This document shows positions 34,994 through 48,098 of a stretch of 64,000 bases of DNA, piece by piece. The notes beneath the pieces are model-generated. The model ran no database searches and had not been told where the DNA came from. It saw only the letters and a program-made list of their open reading frames with translations. Both the position numbers and the translations under genes were made by a program. Each line of letters begins with the position of its first letter. The stretch's first letter is position 1. This stretch comes from Hydrolagus colliei (Eukaryota), in NCBI GenBank assembly GCA_035084275.1, contig CM068750.1, positions 8,742,001-8,806,000 on the forward strand. Direction: 5' to 3'.

Positions 34994-36857
34994 CTATCTT
35001 AATATGTACATAATTTAAAATGAGCGATATTGACAAAACTAGATTTGCTGGAATCAAATGATATAAATGAAACAAACCAACGTGTTAAGGTAATTCGTGT
35101 TTGGTGGAGTTAATTGAGAATGTAGGACTTTAGATTGAAAGGTAACTTCTTAATTTGTTTTAGTGGAATAAACAATTGGTTCATAAACAGTTAGTGGGAA
35201 CAAGGTTACACATTTCGAATAATGTCGAATAATATTCAGGATTACTAAAACATTTTACGATATTTACTGTAAAGAGTAGACCTAGACACTGATGCATTCA
35301 TCATAATTCAGCTGAAATATGTTTTGCTTTGAGATGTAATGTGAATTTATTAAGGAACAACCCAAAACCACACAGTTTAACAAGTACCTGCAAATACTAC
35401 AATTAAATGAGTCATCGAAAAGTGGGTAGCAATGTTCACCGAAGAGGTGGGTGTTTAGTGTTGTGCTGGAAACTGTGGCTAAACAGCAATATGTATGACT
35501 CACAGCAAAGTTTATTGAACTGATTGGATTTACAATGACACCATGATCTTATATGTGCCTTAATAGAAAATCTTCAGAAAGATGTGCTTCACCATTTTTG
35601 CGCAGGTTTTTTTTAACCTCCTGCATACATTCCTATCTTACATTCCATTGCTTCCATTTTTGTTCCATAACATTTTATTGGGGACAGGGTGGAAATGGTC
35701 TCCTGTGAATCATAAAATATAGAACTTCCAACATCAAAGAGCATTGTACAAATAAATCATCCTTATCCAATCCAGCCTCTGGCCAGGATTACTAGATTTT
35801 CGAGTCCTCGGATACAAACATACTTTTGAACATTGCTCTTTCTGGAACTAAATCTGAACATCATCAGCTGAATGATACGTGGAGCCATGCCACTGTCTGT
35901 GTGTAGTCTGGCCTCTTAGGCTTCCATGAGAAAAGGAAATGTTTGGTCTATCAATTATACCTTAATTTTATATTTGTGCTTCTGTGACCCTAATGAGAAC
36001 TGAGGCAATAAAAGACAAATTCTGTGAATGACCTGCTGCAGCTTCCAAATGTATGTTTGGTCGAGTGAAGTGTTTACTCTTCTCTTTCCCATTTTGTTAC
36101 CCATATTCAAAGGACACCAGTTAGCCAAAATAAATTGAAGCTGACTAGCTTCTCTCGGTTCTTCAATGAAACATGGAAGTTTGGGCACGTTCTTAACCGT
36201 GTTCTCCAAAGCTCTAACTGACCAGTTGCTCCAGTATAGACAACAGCTCCAAAATATATCAATGCTTTGAAGTGACTTTCATTCTAGTATAGTTATAAAT
36301 TAAATACTTCATAATAATGGTTGGCAGCATGGATAACCACTCTAGTAACATCACTGCTACCGGCCAAGAACTGCCATCCATATGATGGGAAGAAAAACTA
36401 GTTCACTTTTATTTAATTATGTTTGACTGAACATTGAGCTGTTCCAAAGTTTGATAATTTAGTTTATAAAAAAATGTGGTTTCCCACTCCCCTTTTCTCT
36501 AAATACATTCAAATCATTTGATGCATTATAAATTTGTTTTCCATTGAAGTTTCCAGGTACAAAAGATTTTTGCTGACTTGGACAAAGAAAGACAGGTCAT
36601 AAAAGTGAACTTTCAGCAGAAACATTGCAAGCACTGAGATGCGCAGCTGAATGCAGGCAGTTGGACAGGTTGGAAGCAATGCATTTGAAGTTACAATTAC
36701 TATGGACCTCAATTTAAAAATGAAACCAGAGGGTTTTTTGGGGGGTATGAGTTCAACCAAATCCAATTTCTCAGTAAGAGTCAGAAACCAATTTCCAAGG
36801 AGCAGCCTACAGTTCAAGCCAGGTAAGGTTCAGTTTAGAAAGATGGGAAAGTGTAAG

Positions 36858-36930
36858 ACAACAACAACAAAATAACAAAATTGCACTTATATAGCTCCTT
36901 TCACGTCAGGAGGACGTCCCAAAGCGCTGT
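36858..36930 (-). mobile_element. L2 3'-terminal remnant
   Basis: acaacaacaac...aaattgcacttatatagctcctttcacgtcaggaggacgtcccaaagcgctg. Confidence 0.85.
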
Positions 36931-38629
36931 CCCAAAGACAGGAAGGAGCCTGAGAATTGCGGAAAGATGAATGGGCAACCAAATACAACAAACCTTAATA
37001 TAAGTGTCCAAGAAAGGACAGTTAAACCCATGCAGTGGAATAGATTTAGTTCAATTGTTTTTGTTATGGAAGAACCGTAGAGGAACAAATGAGAACCTGA
37101 ATGAACATTTTCTTGAATTAAGAGTTCCCTTCTGCTGGTTATTCATTCTGATTTATGCTACATACTTAATCACCTAAGTGTCTCTTTGCTTAGCACACAT
37201 GCTTTTCATAGCTGCCAGCATGAAACAGTAGCCTTTCAGATTGCTTGTCAATTTGTAATAACTCAAGGAGTATTTAATATTTGTAGTTCTGTTGAAGATC
37301 AGTTTAATTAGTTTTATGTGTTAAGTAGTGTGCCATGGTCTCTTCTGTTCAGCCTTCCTCTAAGATCAAGGTGGCACATAAATGGAATTTTTTTATTATC
37401 ATTATTATTTAAATCATTGAAACTTGAAATGCAACTGCAGGACTAATGACACATAATTATCAGTTCCACTGAAAGCAAATAAAAGTCAAATGCTTTGTTT
37501 TTCATGGAAAGTTCAAACTAGTCTAATTAACTTGGATTAAACCATGCAAGTACCTCTTGAAGATTTTTTTTAAAAAAAATGATTCTCACCAACTCTGCAA
37601 GACATATTAAACATTTTGTTAAATGTCTAGGTTTAGCAAGGATGGCTGGATTATTTTTTGAAAGGGATTGGAATGCAGGAAAGTGTACATTGAAAATTCT
37701 CTGTATGGAAACTGGTATTTGTCAATTTCTGACCTGAAGCACACTCCAGTTTACCACAATACAAAAATCATCAACAGATATTTCTTAAATTTCCCTATGT
37801 ATGCGTGTGTACGCGGGTGGGTGTGTATGCATGCTGTGACCTTATTTATTTTATTGTTGCTTTTTCTCAATATGGAACTTTGTAGAACTTAAGTTGCTAT
37901 CACACTTCTACTTTTAGAGGAATTTAATAAAAATCATATGCCGGGATATACCTGGAACTGTACTCCTGTACTGTCCATTTCTGTAGGCCAATATATAAGT
38001 TGGAATGCTCTGTGGAGACACAATTGCTGTCGGTTGATGTATTTGAAATGTACTGCCTACTCTCTATTCAGAGCAGTTGAAGTCAAAAATGCTGGAAAAG
38101 CAATTGAACTCAGGTGAACGTGGAGGATACAAAGAAATGTGCTATGTGATGATTATCACCCAGTGGTGGGATTAGAAAAATCATGGAGAAAAGTGGGGGA
38201 AATGCATTTAAATAAGAGTTGGTAGACTAGGCTCAATAGTTTATGCACGTTCCCATGATATTCATAAGCATATCATTAGCGGGAGAATCTCAATGGTTGT
38301 GCAATATAAATTAGACTTGCAGTAAGCAGCTGGATTCCAGCTGCAGGCAATGTGTTGTTTAGACAATAATCTTACTAATTACCATCTTATACAAGATTTA
38401 ACAGGAAAACTTCATTTTTAAAAATGGTTGTAAAATGCTTTTAAGTGCCATTTTATAACCTGGAAAATTCCTTTAAAAACTAAGCATTCTATTATGCTGT
38501 GGTTAATTTATACTGAAGGCAATTTACTGTAATTTAATTCATTGCCCTGTAAGGCAGGAGTTCCTAATTGAAGTTGTGGCTGTTTAAAGTAGAAAATTTA
38601 TTACTGCAAATTTGGGATGATCTAACAAA

Positions 38630-38795
38630 AATAATAATCTTTTCCTTTGATATAACATCTTATTACGTCATTGAGACTTCTCAAAGTACATTACAGGAGA
38701 GCCAAATATACAGAATATATAAAGTGAATTGACTATTTATATTTGGGGGGAGAAACGTGGCAGCCAATTACGCACAGCGGTGTCACAAAACAGTC
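38630..38795 (-). mobile_element. 5'-truncated tRNA-SINE
   Basis: Tail plus aaagtgaattgact...gaaacgtggcagccaattacgcacagcggtgtcacaaaacag. Confidence 0.8.
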
Positions 38796-39329
38796 AAATG
38801 GCATTTTGATTCAATATGAGCATCTTAACAATTTTAATGCACTGGCTTCTTTGAATGTATAATATATCTCCTCCTTCTGCATCCCCATCCCATACCTTTT
38901 CTCATTCACAATTTTAAATATTCTGATTCCAAATTACTGTGGTTCCATAAATGGATCATGGCAATAAATAGGCAGAGGTTTTACTGTAAACTCAATGAGT
39001 CATTAATAGGACTGAGAGCATCTGGCATGACTCACTTCAACCCTTCTCTTTCCCCACCCCCATCATCAAAAATGTCACTTCGAAGTCTTTTTCCATCAAC
39101 AATTTTATCCTGGTGCTGAGATGTTGTGATCATCTGTAAAGAAATGAAACTTAAACAAAGCTTGAGAAAACAGAATGTTTGGATGATACAATGATGAACC
39201 CATCATGCTATAATATCATATTAGGATCTGATGAATAACTGACTGACCCACTGTAGATTGCCAACACTTTTTGTTTTTACTTCAGTTTCTCTACATCTGA
39301 AGTTTTTTTTTCCTCATTCTGATCATTAA

Positions 39330-39540
39330 CTTCTGACCATATGCTGCCTCTATTTAACCGTGCCTTCTACTAAATGAAGCACAATTTGACTTTTTATGTG
39401 TGTGGCCCTTTATATTCAGGAGAAGTTCCAGCAACAACACCTGGACCTCTTTACTGGTTTCACTTGACCTGACCAAAGCAACACAAGTCGAATTGCCCTT
39501 TGGCAACTTCTCGGTAGGGTTGGCTGCCCCACCAAATCAA
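39330..39540 (+). mobile_element. RTE-clade LINE reverse-transcriptase fragment
   Basis: IQEKFQQQHLDL...DLTKA...SRIALWQLLGRVGCPP matches the RTE/BovB-type motif QEKCREQ..LY..F.DLTKAFD.V.R.ALW..L.K.GCPP, with frameshifts. Confidence 0.75.
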
Positions 39541-39723
39541 CTGAATCCACAGTAGGGTTGAGTGAGACAAGTTTGAATCATTGCTCAATGCCGAACAAGT
39601 GTTGCAGCTTCATTGTTTATAGTATATCCTTAGCTGTACCACTTTTAGATATTGTGCATTACCCTGGACAAATGAGTTTGCATTCCATTTAGAGCTGCAG
39701 GAAAGCTGTTAAGCAAATCATGG

Positions 39724-40043
39724 TAATAATAATAATATTTATTGCATTTGATATAATGCTTTTCACGTCATCTAGACAGCTCAAAGCGCTTCACAGAATA
39801 TACCGTAAAGTGAGTTGACTGCATATTTGTGGGCGAAACGCGACAGCCAATTGTGCACAGCAGTGTCCCACAAACAGTTGTGGATTGAAGTGACAAATTT
39901 ATTATTGATGTTTTTTCTTGAGGGATTATTATCAGGCATGTGGAGAAAGGAAACTTGCCCAAGGTTTTGAATAATTAAGGATCTTTACTCAGGACTCTTG
40001 CTTGTGAGGCAAATGCTCTAACCACTGAACTACAGGACTCTAC
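39724..40043 (-). mobile_element. Full-length tRNA-SINE (short subfamily)
   Basis: Reverse complement aligns end to end with 1056-1349; the B-box region is altered. Confidence 0.92.
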
Positions 40044-41628
40044 AATATGTTTCAGCCAATTAATTCTTCCAGTGTTTACCCGTTATAAATATAAAACTAC
40101 TAATATCCTTAAGGAATACTCGTATCTGCGTAAAGAGAGGATTAGCTATCAAGTTACACTAAAATCATTCAAGGATATCAGATTAAGCTCCTATGCACTG
40201 ATAGATTGATAAATCTTCCAAAAGTTTCAATGGTTTCCTATAAAATGACAATATTGAAATAAATGGTAGAGAGGATTATCTGAAAAATGCTTCGCTTTGA
40301 TCACGAAATGGCTGGCTTCAGGATTTTCATACTGAGTGCATTTCCGACTAGGTGGTTATTAATTGTTCACTGGGAAATGTATCTACGACAACTTACATTT
40401 ATATGCGGCGTAGGATCCCATAGCTCTAAATGAACATAGAGTAGCACAAGATACATTTCCTAGGCTGCAATATCAATGAAACGATTAAGTCCAGGTCAAC
40501 TGTAAAGTAGTTTATGTGCAAGAAACCAGAAGAGTAATTGATGCAATGGGTCTCTTAAGCATTGCCTGTTGTTATGTAGAATGGAAAGACCATTTTCAAC
40601 GTATCTCAATTTTTATTTAATCAAAATCATTTGTTTTAAATTTAGAAATGACTAGTGATGCTCTCTCAATGAGATTCACTTGTTGTAATTTTGTTGTTGT
40701 TGGGTCTGAATTGCTATCAAACAAGGGAGAAAACTGGTGTGGATATTGAATTCAGTAATGAAACACCTGACGCTGAACACACTGTGCCACAGTAGTTGAT
40801 GGTTTTGTAAAACTATTTCTGAAAGAATTTCTTTCAACTGATACTTAGGATGCAACAGGCATTTGGTTCAGCTGAGGGAAGCTGTCAAAACGCTCTTCAG
40901 CATTGTATCCAGGAGAAATAATTTTATGAATTTCCTGTGTAAAATCTTCCACTCGCTTTCTCCAGTCACTCTGTGTTGGTTTACGCTTTGCAGGCTTAAC
41001 TGCCATAGCTGTTTGGGGAACCAAAATACTTGTTTAATCCTTAACTTTTGTCACAACTGTGAAAATAACTTAATGCTGAACTGATTGTGTAGTTCAGAGG
41101 TTCAATAAAGCCTCATGAAGCCAAATTAAGCAGCAACTGGACTTTCTTTGCAAATATACGGAATGGAAATATTGTATCACAGTGTAGGTCTTGGCCTTGT
41201 AAGACTGGGATGGAAATTATCTGGTAAATTCTACTCTCTTCAAGCCAAATGGCAGAAAAAGTACTTACGCCATCTAAATTTTGCCTTCCCTCAGATGTTT
41301 TCTTTCGAGTGAACAAAAGGTTTTGCTCAGTATCCAACAAACATATTAACCCATCAGTCATTCTCCCAATTATTTGGTGTTTATCCCCACAGTCAACTGC
41401 CCACTGAGTTGCCCACACGTATATGAAAATAAGGTTTGATTTCATTCATCCTTGAAGCTGCTTCTAGTCAGCCTTAGAATCAGTCAATCATTGTCTATGT
41501 GTTGTGCAATAATACATTTGTTCGCTGGCACCAAGCATTTTCTTTTCCCTGCACATTCAACTACCAAGATTCGTTGTTGGATGCACTAGTTTCAGACTGC
41601 CACGACTAGGAATCCTGTGATCTTATCT

Positions 41629-41688
41629 ACAACAACAACAAAATTACATTTGTATAAGTCTTTCATGTCGGGAGGATGTCCCTAGGTG
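41629..41688 (-). mobile_element. L2 3'-terminal remnant
   Basis: acaacaacaacaaaattacatttgtataagtctttcatgtcgggaggatgtccctagg. Confidence 0.8.
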
Positions 41689-44050
41689 TATCTATTGGCT
41701 GAATATGAAAAAACCTGAGCTTTTGGTGCATAATCATATTGACATAACTCAGTTGATCATCAACATCATAATATTTAGCAGTCCTATGAGGAATCCATTT
41801 AATGATTGCTCTTAATAATCTTTCTTGCTCATTCAGGAAATCCCAGGATCTGTAGGGTGTTAAGATTATTATGTTAATATTCTATTAAGAAATAGTAAAA
41901 CCGACTGCCGGGGCTTAGCAATGCAATCCAGTGAATGTGAGGTCTGTGGGGGAGCCAGCTCCAGTTATTTCTCTTCCCATCACTGAATTGAATATAACGT
42001 TGACTTTTAGGTCCACATAAATTTTTATTACATATATATATACTATAATATTTAATATATATTTCTTTGAGTTTGCATGGTTAACCCTAGAAATTAAGAT
42101 TCTTTACTTATTTCTTTCATAGATAAATTGGTGAATTGAGAGAGACCTGCTTTTTTTTAAAAAAAGCATGATATTTTACCATAACTGTTATAAAATATCC
42201 ATGTCCATATAAAATATTGTCTGAAATAGAATATCCAATAAAGATGAATTTTAAAAAAATGCGTGTCTATGTGGACAAAATCTTACTAGATCAGTCTATG
42301 CAATGTCCTAATAATTGACTAATCCGTGTAATGTACACCCATAAATATCAATTGTAGTTGCTAATTTACAAACACAGGATCGTTTTACTTTAAAGTTCTC
42401 AACAAGCACCAGCATGCTGCAGATTAGGTGTTCCAAAGACTAACCCAGATTTGACTTGTGTTCGGATAATTGGTGGCTTTTAAAGCATCAGTCATTTGCT
42501 GGCTTTGTTCCGTTTCAACAAGGCCAGGAATATACTTTCATCAATCTTGTAACACATTTCTGACAGAATTCATTAAAGGTTCTTGAGAAGCATTGCATTG
42601 GTTAACTGGACAGGCAGACAAACAGCAGGATAACGTTATTTGTTACCAGTAGAGCCTATCTTTTCTTAATCAAATGCTTGCCTTTGGTAAGCAACATTTC
42701 ACATCACGGAACATCTCAAGCACTTCATAGGGTTCATTGCAAATCTATGTACCATTTTGTTTAGTGTCCATCTTACGTATTTAATTGAAGTATAACACAT
42801 GGCTTGGGTGAATCACTATTGCACAACATTTAAAGCAAGTAATTGTCAACACATAAAAGAAGTCGAGAAGTGGTCAAGCTTCTTGATCATTCGTACAGAA
42901 TGTGGTGCACCAACTCTCTCTGGTAATATTAGATTCAAGGGGTATCATCTTCTTCCGTTTGTTGTAAATGGGAGGGGGGAAGGAAATTTTGGTCATGATA
43001 TTATAAGCTTATTAAAAAGGCTGCACGGTTTCCCTGTCATGGCTTCGTCTGTTTATATAAAAGAATTCAAGTGATGCTTCTAAAATGTGCTGTAAAGTTT
43101 CTCTCAATGCTTCCCAACCCAAGTAATGTATCATTAATAAATTCTATCCAGTGACATTCCACAGATAAGACTTTTATGTTTCAAATCAACATTTTCGAAA
43201 AGATACTTATCAATCTGTATATTTCTTATCTCAAAAGGTGTGCCCAGAAAAAAATACATCTTTACACAGAGTATTGGAGTGGATTGCCTCAAAGCACTAC
43301 CGGAATAGAGTTGATGAATGTTGTCGTTATTGTTGATGGAATCACTCAAAAATAAATACTGTTGCTTAAGAGTATGTTGCTTAAGTTTAAGGATATTCAG
43401 CAATGTGGAGAAAAGTTGGAGAATTGGAATTAAACTGAGATGTCTAAATACTTAATGGTAGAGCTGATATGATGGGCTGATTCTATTTTATTCTGGTTTG
43501 ATTAGATATTCTCCCAACATGGAAGCCTTTATATTAATGCACTGCATCGTTATTGTTGTTGCTGTGTTTCTTTGTAAACTTCAAACCTCTTCTAAACAAT
43601 GTATTGGATAATTGGTTTTAAATGCTATTATGTTCCACTATTTGAATTATTTGAAGCACATTTTTACCTCAGAAGTAAATCTAAAATTACCTTTGTCAGT
43701 AGTACTTAATAGTTTAAATAGCAAAGAACTTGCATCAGATGTTGATGGAATTTCGGTAGTAGCAGTCACATATGGGACTTTTCAGACCTCTGACCAAAGG
43801 AATGATAAAATTAAACTAGTATGAGATCCAACAAGGTTTGGTTTGGAAGTTTTCCTTGTTTCTCCACCGTTGCCAGCTCTGTACACCATTACTGGAAAAA
43901 TATGTCTTTGTTATTGATAAATAGAAGTGGACCAAATCTGTTCATGAAATCAAATAGGGCTGCAGAATGTGATCGCGCTCCTGGGAAAATCCCATTACAT
44001 GTGACGATTGACAGATTGGGAGTATGTAATGAGTAACTTCAGAGAAATGT

Positions 44051-44410
44051 AATGATAATAATAATCCTTGCATTTAATACAGTACCTTATCATGGCTTCA
44101 AGACATCTCAAAGCGCTTCACAGAATATACTGTAAAGTGAATTGTATATCTGGGGAGTGAAACAAGGCAGCCAATTCTGCCCAGCAGTGTTCATAAACAT
44201 CCCAGAATTGAGTGACCAAATTCTTATTTTAAAAAATTTGTACAGATTATTACCCCCAGTAAAGCAATCTGCCAATTGTCTAACAATTGGGTTCCTACTT
44301 ACTGCTAGGTAAACAGAGGCATGTGGAGTAAGGAAACCTGCTAACATTTCACCCCGTCCAGGAATTGAACCTCTTGGTTGTTGATTATTCTAACGAATAA
44401 GTTACAGGAT
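44051..44410 (-). mobile_element. Near full-length tRNA-SINE (long subfamily)
   Basis: Same tail, body and head (ccaggaattgaacc B-box) as the 1056 copy, plus an extra ~65-bp central segment at 44253-44317. Confidence 0.88.
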
Positions 44411-44884
44411 GTGGGGATTTTTAAGGTACCTGATATCAGAGAATTTTTTATGTGATCCCAGACAGATGAAGGCAAAGAGATGAGGAGTTTCAGAACTATG
44501 AAAGGCTTGGACCTCAAATATGCAATAAAGTGCCAGGACACTTCAGCGACAGAATTTATGATTGATGTGTGAAGCAAAAAGAAAATCAGTGCACTCATTG
44601 ATGTCAGTAATTAAAAGCACATCACACTCATCAAATTTCAGTACTGGATCCAAGACCTGTTGTGGATTAGACCAGCTGAATAGGCTTCTTTCTGTCTAAT
44701 TTTTCATACATTTTCCTGCTGCTGCATGGATTTTCATATTGATACTGTGTTGGTCCATGTCTTTCGTGGTATTATGCATTCATCTCTGGCTTGGGACATC
44801 TTAACATTGTCTTTTGCATGACCATTGTATTTTACAGGATTGTTGACTCATCTGATGAATGGGACACGCTTACCTATGCCCTTA

Positions 44885-45146
44885 CACTGTCACTCTGGAT
44901 CTCCGTCCTACAGTCCCTTCACCTCGCTTCCTCACTTGCCTCCTTCAAGGCCGGTCTCAAGACCCTCCTCTTCAACCATGCCTTCTGCTGCCCTCCCAAC
45001 TCTCTTCCCCTTTTCCTAACTCTCTCCCTCCCCCTCCACCCTGCCCCTCCCCCTTGCTCGGGTCCCAACCTGACTGTTCAGCGACTTGGGACATCCTCCC
45101 GATGTGAAAGGCATTCTATAAATGTAAATTGTGTTGTTTGTTGTTG
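44885..45146 (+). mobile_element. L2 LINE 3' fragment with C-rich UTR and (TTG)n tail
   Basis: LWISVLQSLHLASSLASFKAGLKTLLFNHAF (L2 ORF2 end), a pyrimidine tract, then tail gggacatcctcccgatgtgaaaggcattctataaatgtaa. Confidence 0.9.
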
Positions 45147-48010
45147 TACTGGTATTTGCTTAAACCAAATTCTCATGTATAGCTATGTTTCTGAATGCTC
45201 TTAAAAGTTTATTTTCAAAACAAACTTTAATTTTTTGTGTTTTTCTCCATTTTTCAGTCCTTTATTTTGTGTGTTACGTAAAAGAAAAATGTCATCCTAG
45301 TGTGGATGTTCTTTCTGAAAGCTGCTGGGGTATGATGGCTTTTATCCAAAACCAACCTAATGTTTGATGGAATGCTAAAGTGCTGTCTACCTCCAATCGT
45401 TACCCAGCTACAATCATCTGTGATCATTGCGGTAAATATAGATCGTGTTTCCAAAACATTCAGAATTGAAATAACTGTTTCTGATGAAAAATGGATGATA
45501 TGCCAAGGTTGGCAGTAAGATGTGAAGAAAAATATACACAAGAGAGACTGACCACATAGCTTGAGTTATAAGGCAAAATGTGGTTTGCCAAAGGAAAACT
45601 ATATGTATCTGGACGATCGTCTGTCTGCATTTCTGGTCATCTAATCTTAGGCAGGATATGAGTGCACTTCAAAAGATACAAAGGAAGCAGAATTATTTTG
45701 GACATCAGAACTTAAGTTATGGAATTTGGTTTGTTCTATTTGGAAAAGAGGATGTTTTAATATGACCTATTTTTAAAGTTTTCAACATTATGAAATAGAT
45801 CGACCTAGATAAAATAGATGAATTAAAAAAAAATAGATTTGCATAAATTGGAATGATAGACCAGTCACCGGGGGTGGGAGCGGGTGGGAGGGGGCAAGGA
45901 TTCTTCTCAGCTCCAGTTAACCCTGAAAACAAAGCCCTAATAGGTACAGTGGCCCAAGACTGTCAGACAGTGCTTTCAACGTTTTTAGCTGGTTGAGCTC
46001 CAGTTATCCCAAATACAAATTCCCCAAGCCTCAGCTTTTGCCAACCTGACCAAAATAAGAATGACTGAATGGTCCATTATAAATAATTGTACCTTTGGCA
46101 ATACTGTATAGCAAGTAAAGAGATATTACATTGTGAATGCAAATTGCAGAATATAATGAACATGGAATGCATTTGAACATTGGTAGCAATATCATAATTC
46201 AAGTGATGAGAAAAACAAACTGTTTTTGCACCAGTTTTTTTTTAGAAAGTCTTATTTTTTATGTTTGAATGAGGCTTTTATTAAACTAGATGGACCAGAT
46301 GTGAGTACAAATGCAGATGTAAAGGAGAGTTTTTTAAAAGTAGAAATGCACACGTTTGTGGTGTATATTTGCTCAGTGGTAGCTCGTTCAGTTGTTTTTG
46401 ATTGCAGAAGTTTTATTTAAGTAGACTGAATAAAATGAAGCTCAAATCCTTTTGCCTTAGTACAATTTAACTTTCCCTTAAAAAATATTTTTATTTTAAA
46501 GTGTGTTAAAAGGGAGTAATTTAACAGGTTTTTTTTTCCACTTTGGGGAATTATTGTACCATGAACAATGTCCAAAGTAGATTAAAAACTGTCAGAAAGG
46601 CTATTGCATTAACCTCTTGATCTGTACTTTCACACGGCTACTTGGCTATTGTGTTGATTGTTAGAAACCGCCTTGCATTTGTTGGGGGAATGGACAAACC
46701 CAGTGTCAATCCCTGTACTGTTATGGTAATTCAGGATTTCTGAAATGCTTTATTATAGGGCTAGCGTTTAAAATACAAAACCATGCTTGCAAAGAGACTT
46801 GTGTTGTCCAATCTTCAGCAAGACTGCTCTTCCCATTATAAACGCTGCCTGTGCAATGGTGCATGAAACGTTTTTTTTAAAGTTAACAGCTTTCTGGCGA
46901 AATTATATTCTTTTTTAAAAAAAAACTTTTTGAAATTAGTCATCATTGTTATTTTAAAGAAGAATAAAAATGTAGCTTTGGAATTGCCAGAGTGGCGGTT
47001 GGGAGAGAATTGATCAGAGATTAGTGCTCTAGGGTTAAAGGAGGGGAAGCACTAAGGAAAAATATGCAGTTTAGGTTCACAGAAAATAGAGAAGTAGTGT
47101 TTTTCTACTTATCTATTAAAAGTAACTTGACCCTGATAAATTGTCAAGTGGAACTTTCCTGCTGCTGATGGACGTGACTCTGCCACCTCTCATTTGTTGG
47201 GTCAAATTCTTACTGCAGAGTTGCAAAATACACCTAGAAAGTTCCACTGCAGAAGACAAACTTATTTAGTTGTTTAAAATAAGTAGAATAAATATATGTG
47301 GTATGTACTTTAAGTTTCAGGATGATGTTGGAACAAAGATAAATAGAAAAGCAGTGGATTCCCTTTGAAATTTAAACGTTGCAAAATGTGACCACTTTTG
47401 CAGTACTTGTCTATTTTGTAAATAACATATTCCAATTCCAACAAGGGTTCAGAGTAGATTTTTTAAAATAGAACTCTTGAAGTGTTGCTCATCTGATTTT
47501 CTAAACATTTGGAGCTAAGGAGGTTTTATTTTGATCTAGCGAAGGAAATGTGTAGAATTGGCTGCTCTGAAATTAATCTGAGTCAAGCAAATGGTAACAT
47601 GAAGCATGTCACACTAACCCAAGAGAACTCTGCTCCAACACAATCTACTGATAGACAGGCTTCCCATGAGTTGACAGGAATTCTAATGGGATACGAAATA
47701 CCACAGAGTAGACCCATCGAATATCAAATGTCAACAGTGCAGTGTTGTGCTGAGTAATGCAGATTGTATATAATGTTACATTTATATCCTGGAGACGTTT
47801 GCTTGGTTGGTTCCCACTGCAAGTGTCGGAACAAAATGTCAGTGTTTCTGTGATTAAAGGTTATTCACCTCACTTGGAAGTTTCAAGTTGGAAATAATCC
47901 AAGACTCTGGAAATGACTATGTATTTATAGAAGCAGTTTTGATGGACCAAATGACCTATTAATTCCATTCCATACTCCAGTTACAGAATTGTCTTTCCAG
48001 ATGATCTTCT

Positions 48011-48098
48011 TAATAATAATCCTTATTTAATTTCATACCTCATCAAGACATCTCAAAGTACTTCACAGGAAATACTTGTAAAGTGTCGTGCTTGCACA
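48011..48098 (-). mobile_element. SINE tail fragment
   Basis: taataataatcctt...agacatctcaaagtacttcacagg...tgtaaagtg. Confidence 0.65.

Noticed and set aside
36617-36822. Exon ending at strong donor CAG|GTAAGG
   Set aside because: No good acceptor giving an open frame, and no recognisable peptide.
44791-45204. 137-aa ORF as a host gene
   Set aside because: Composed of the L2 ORF2 end, low-complexity UTR and tail.
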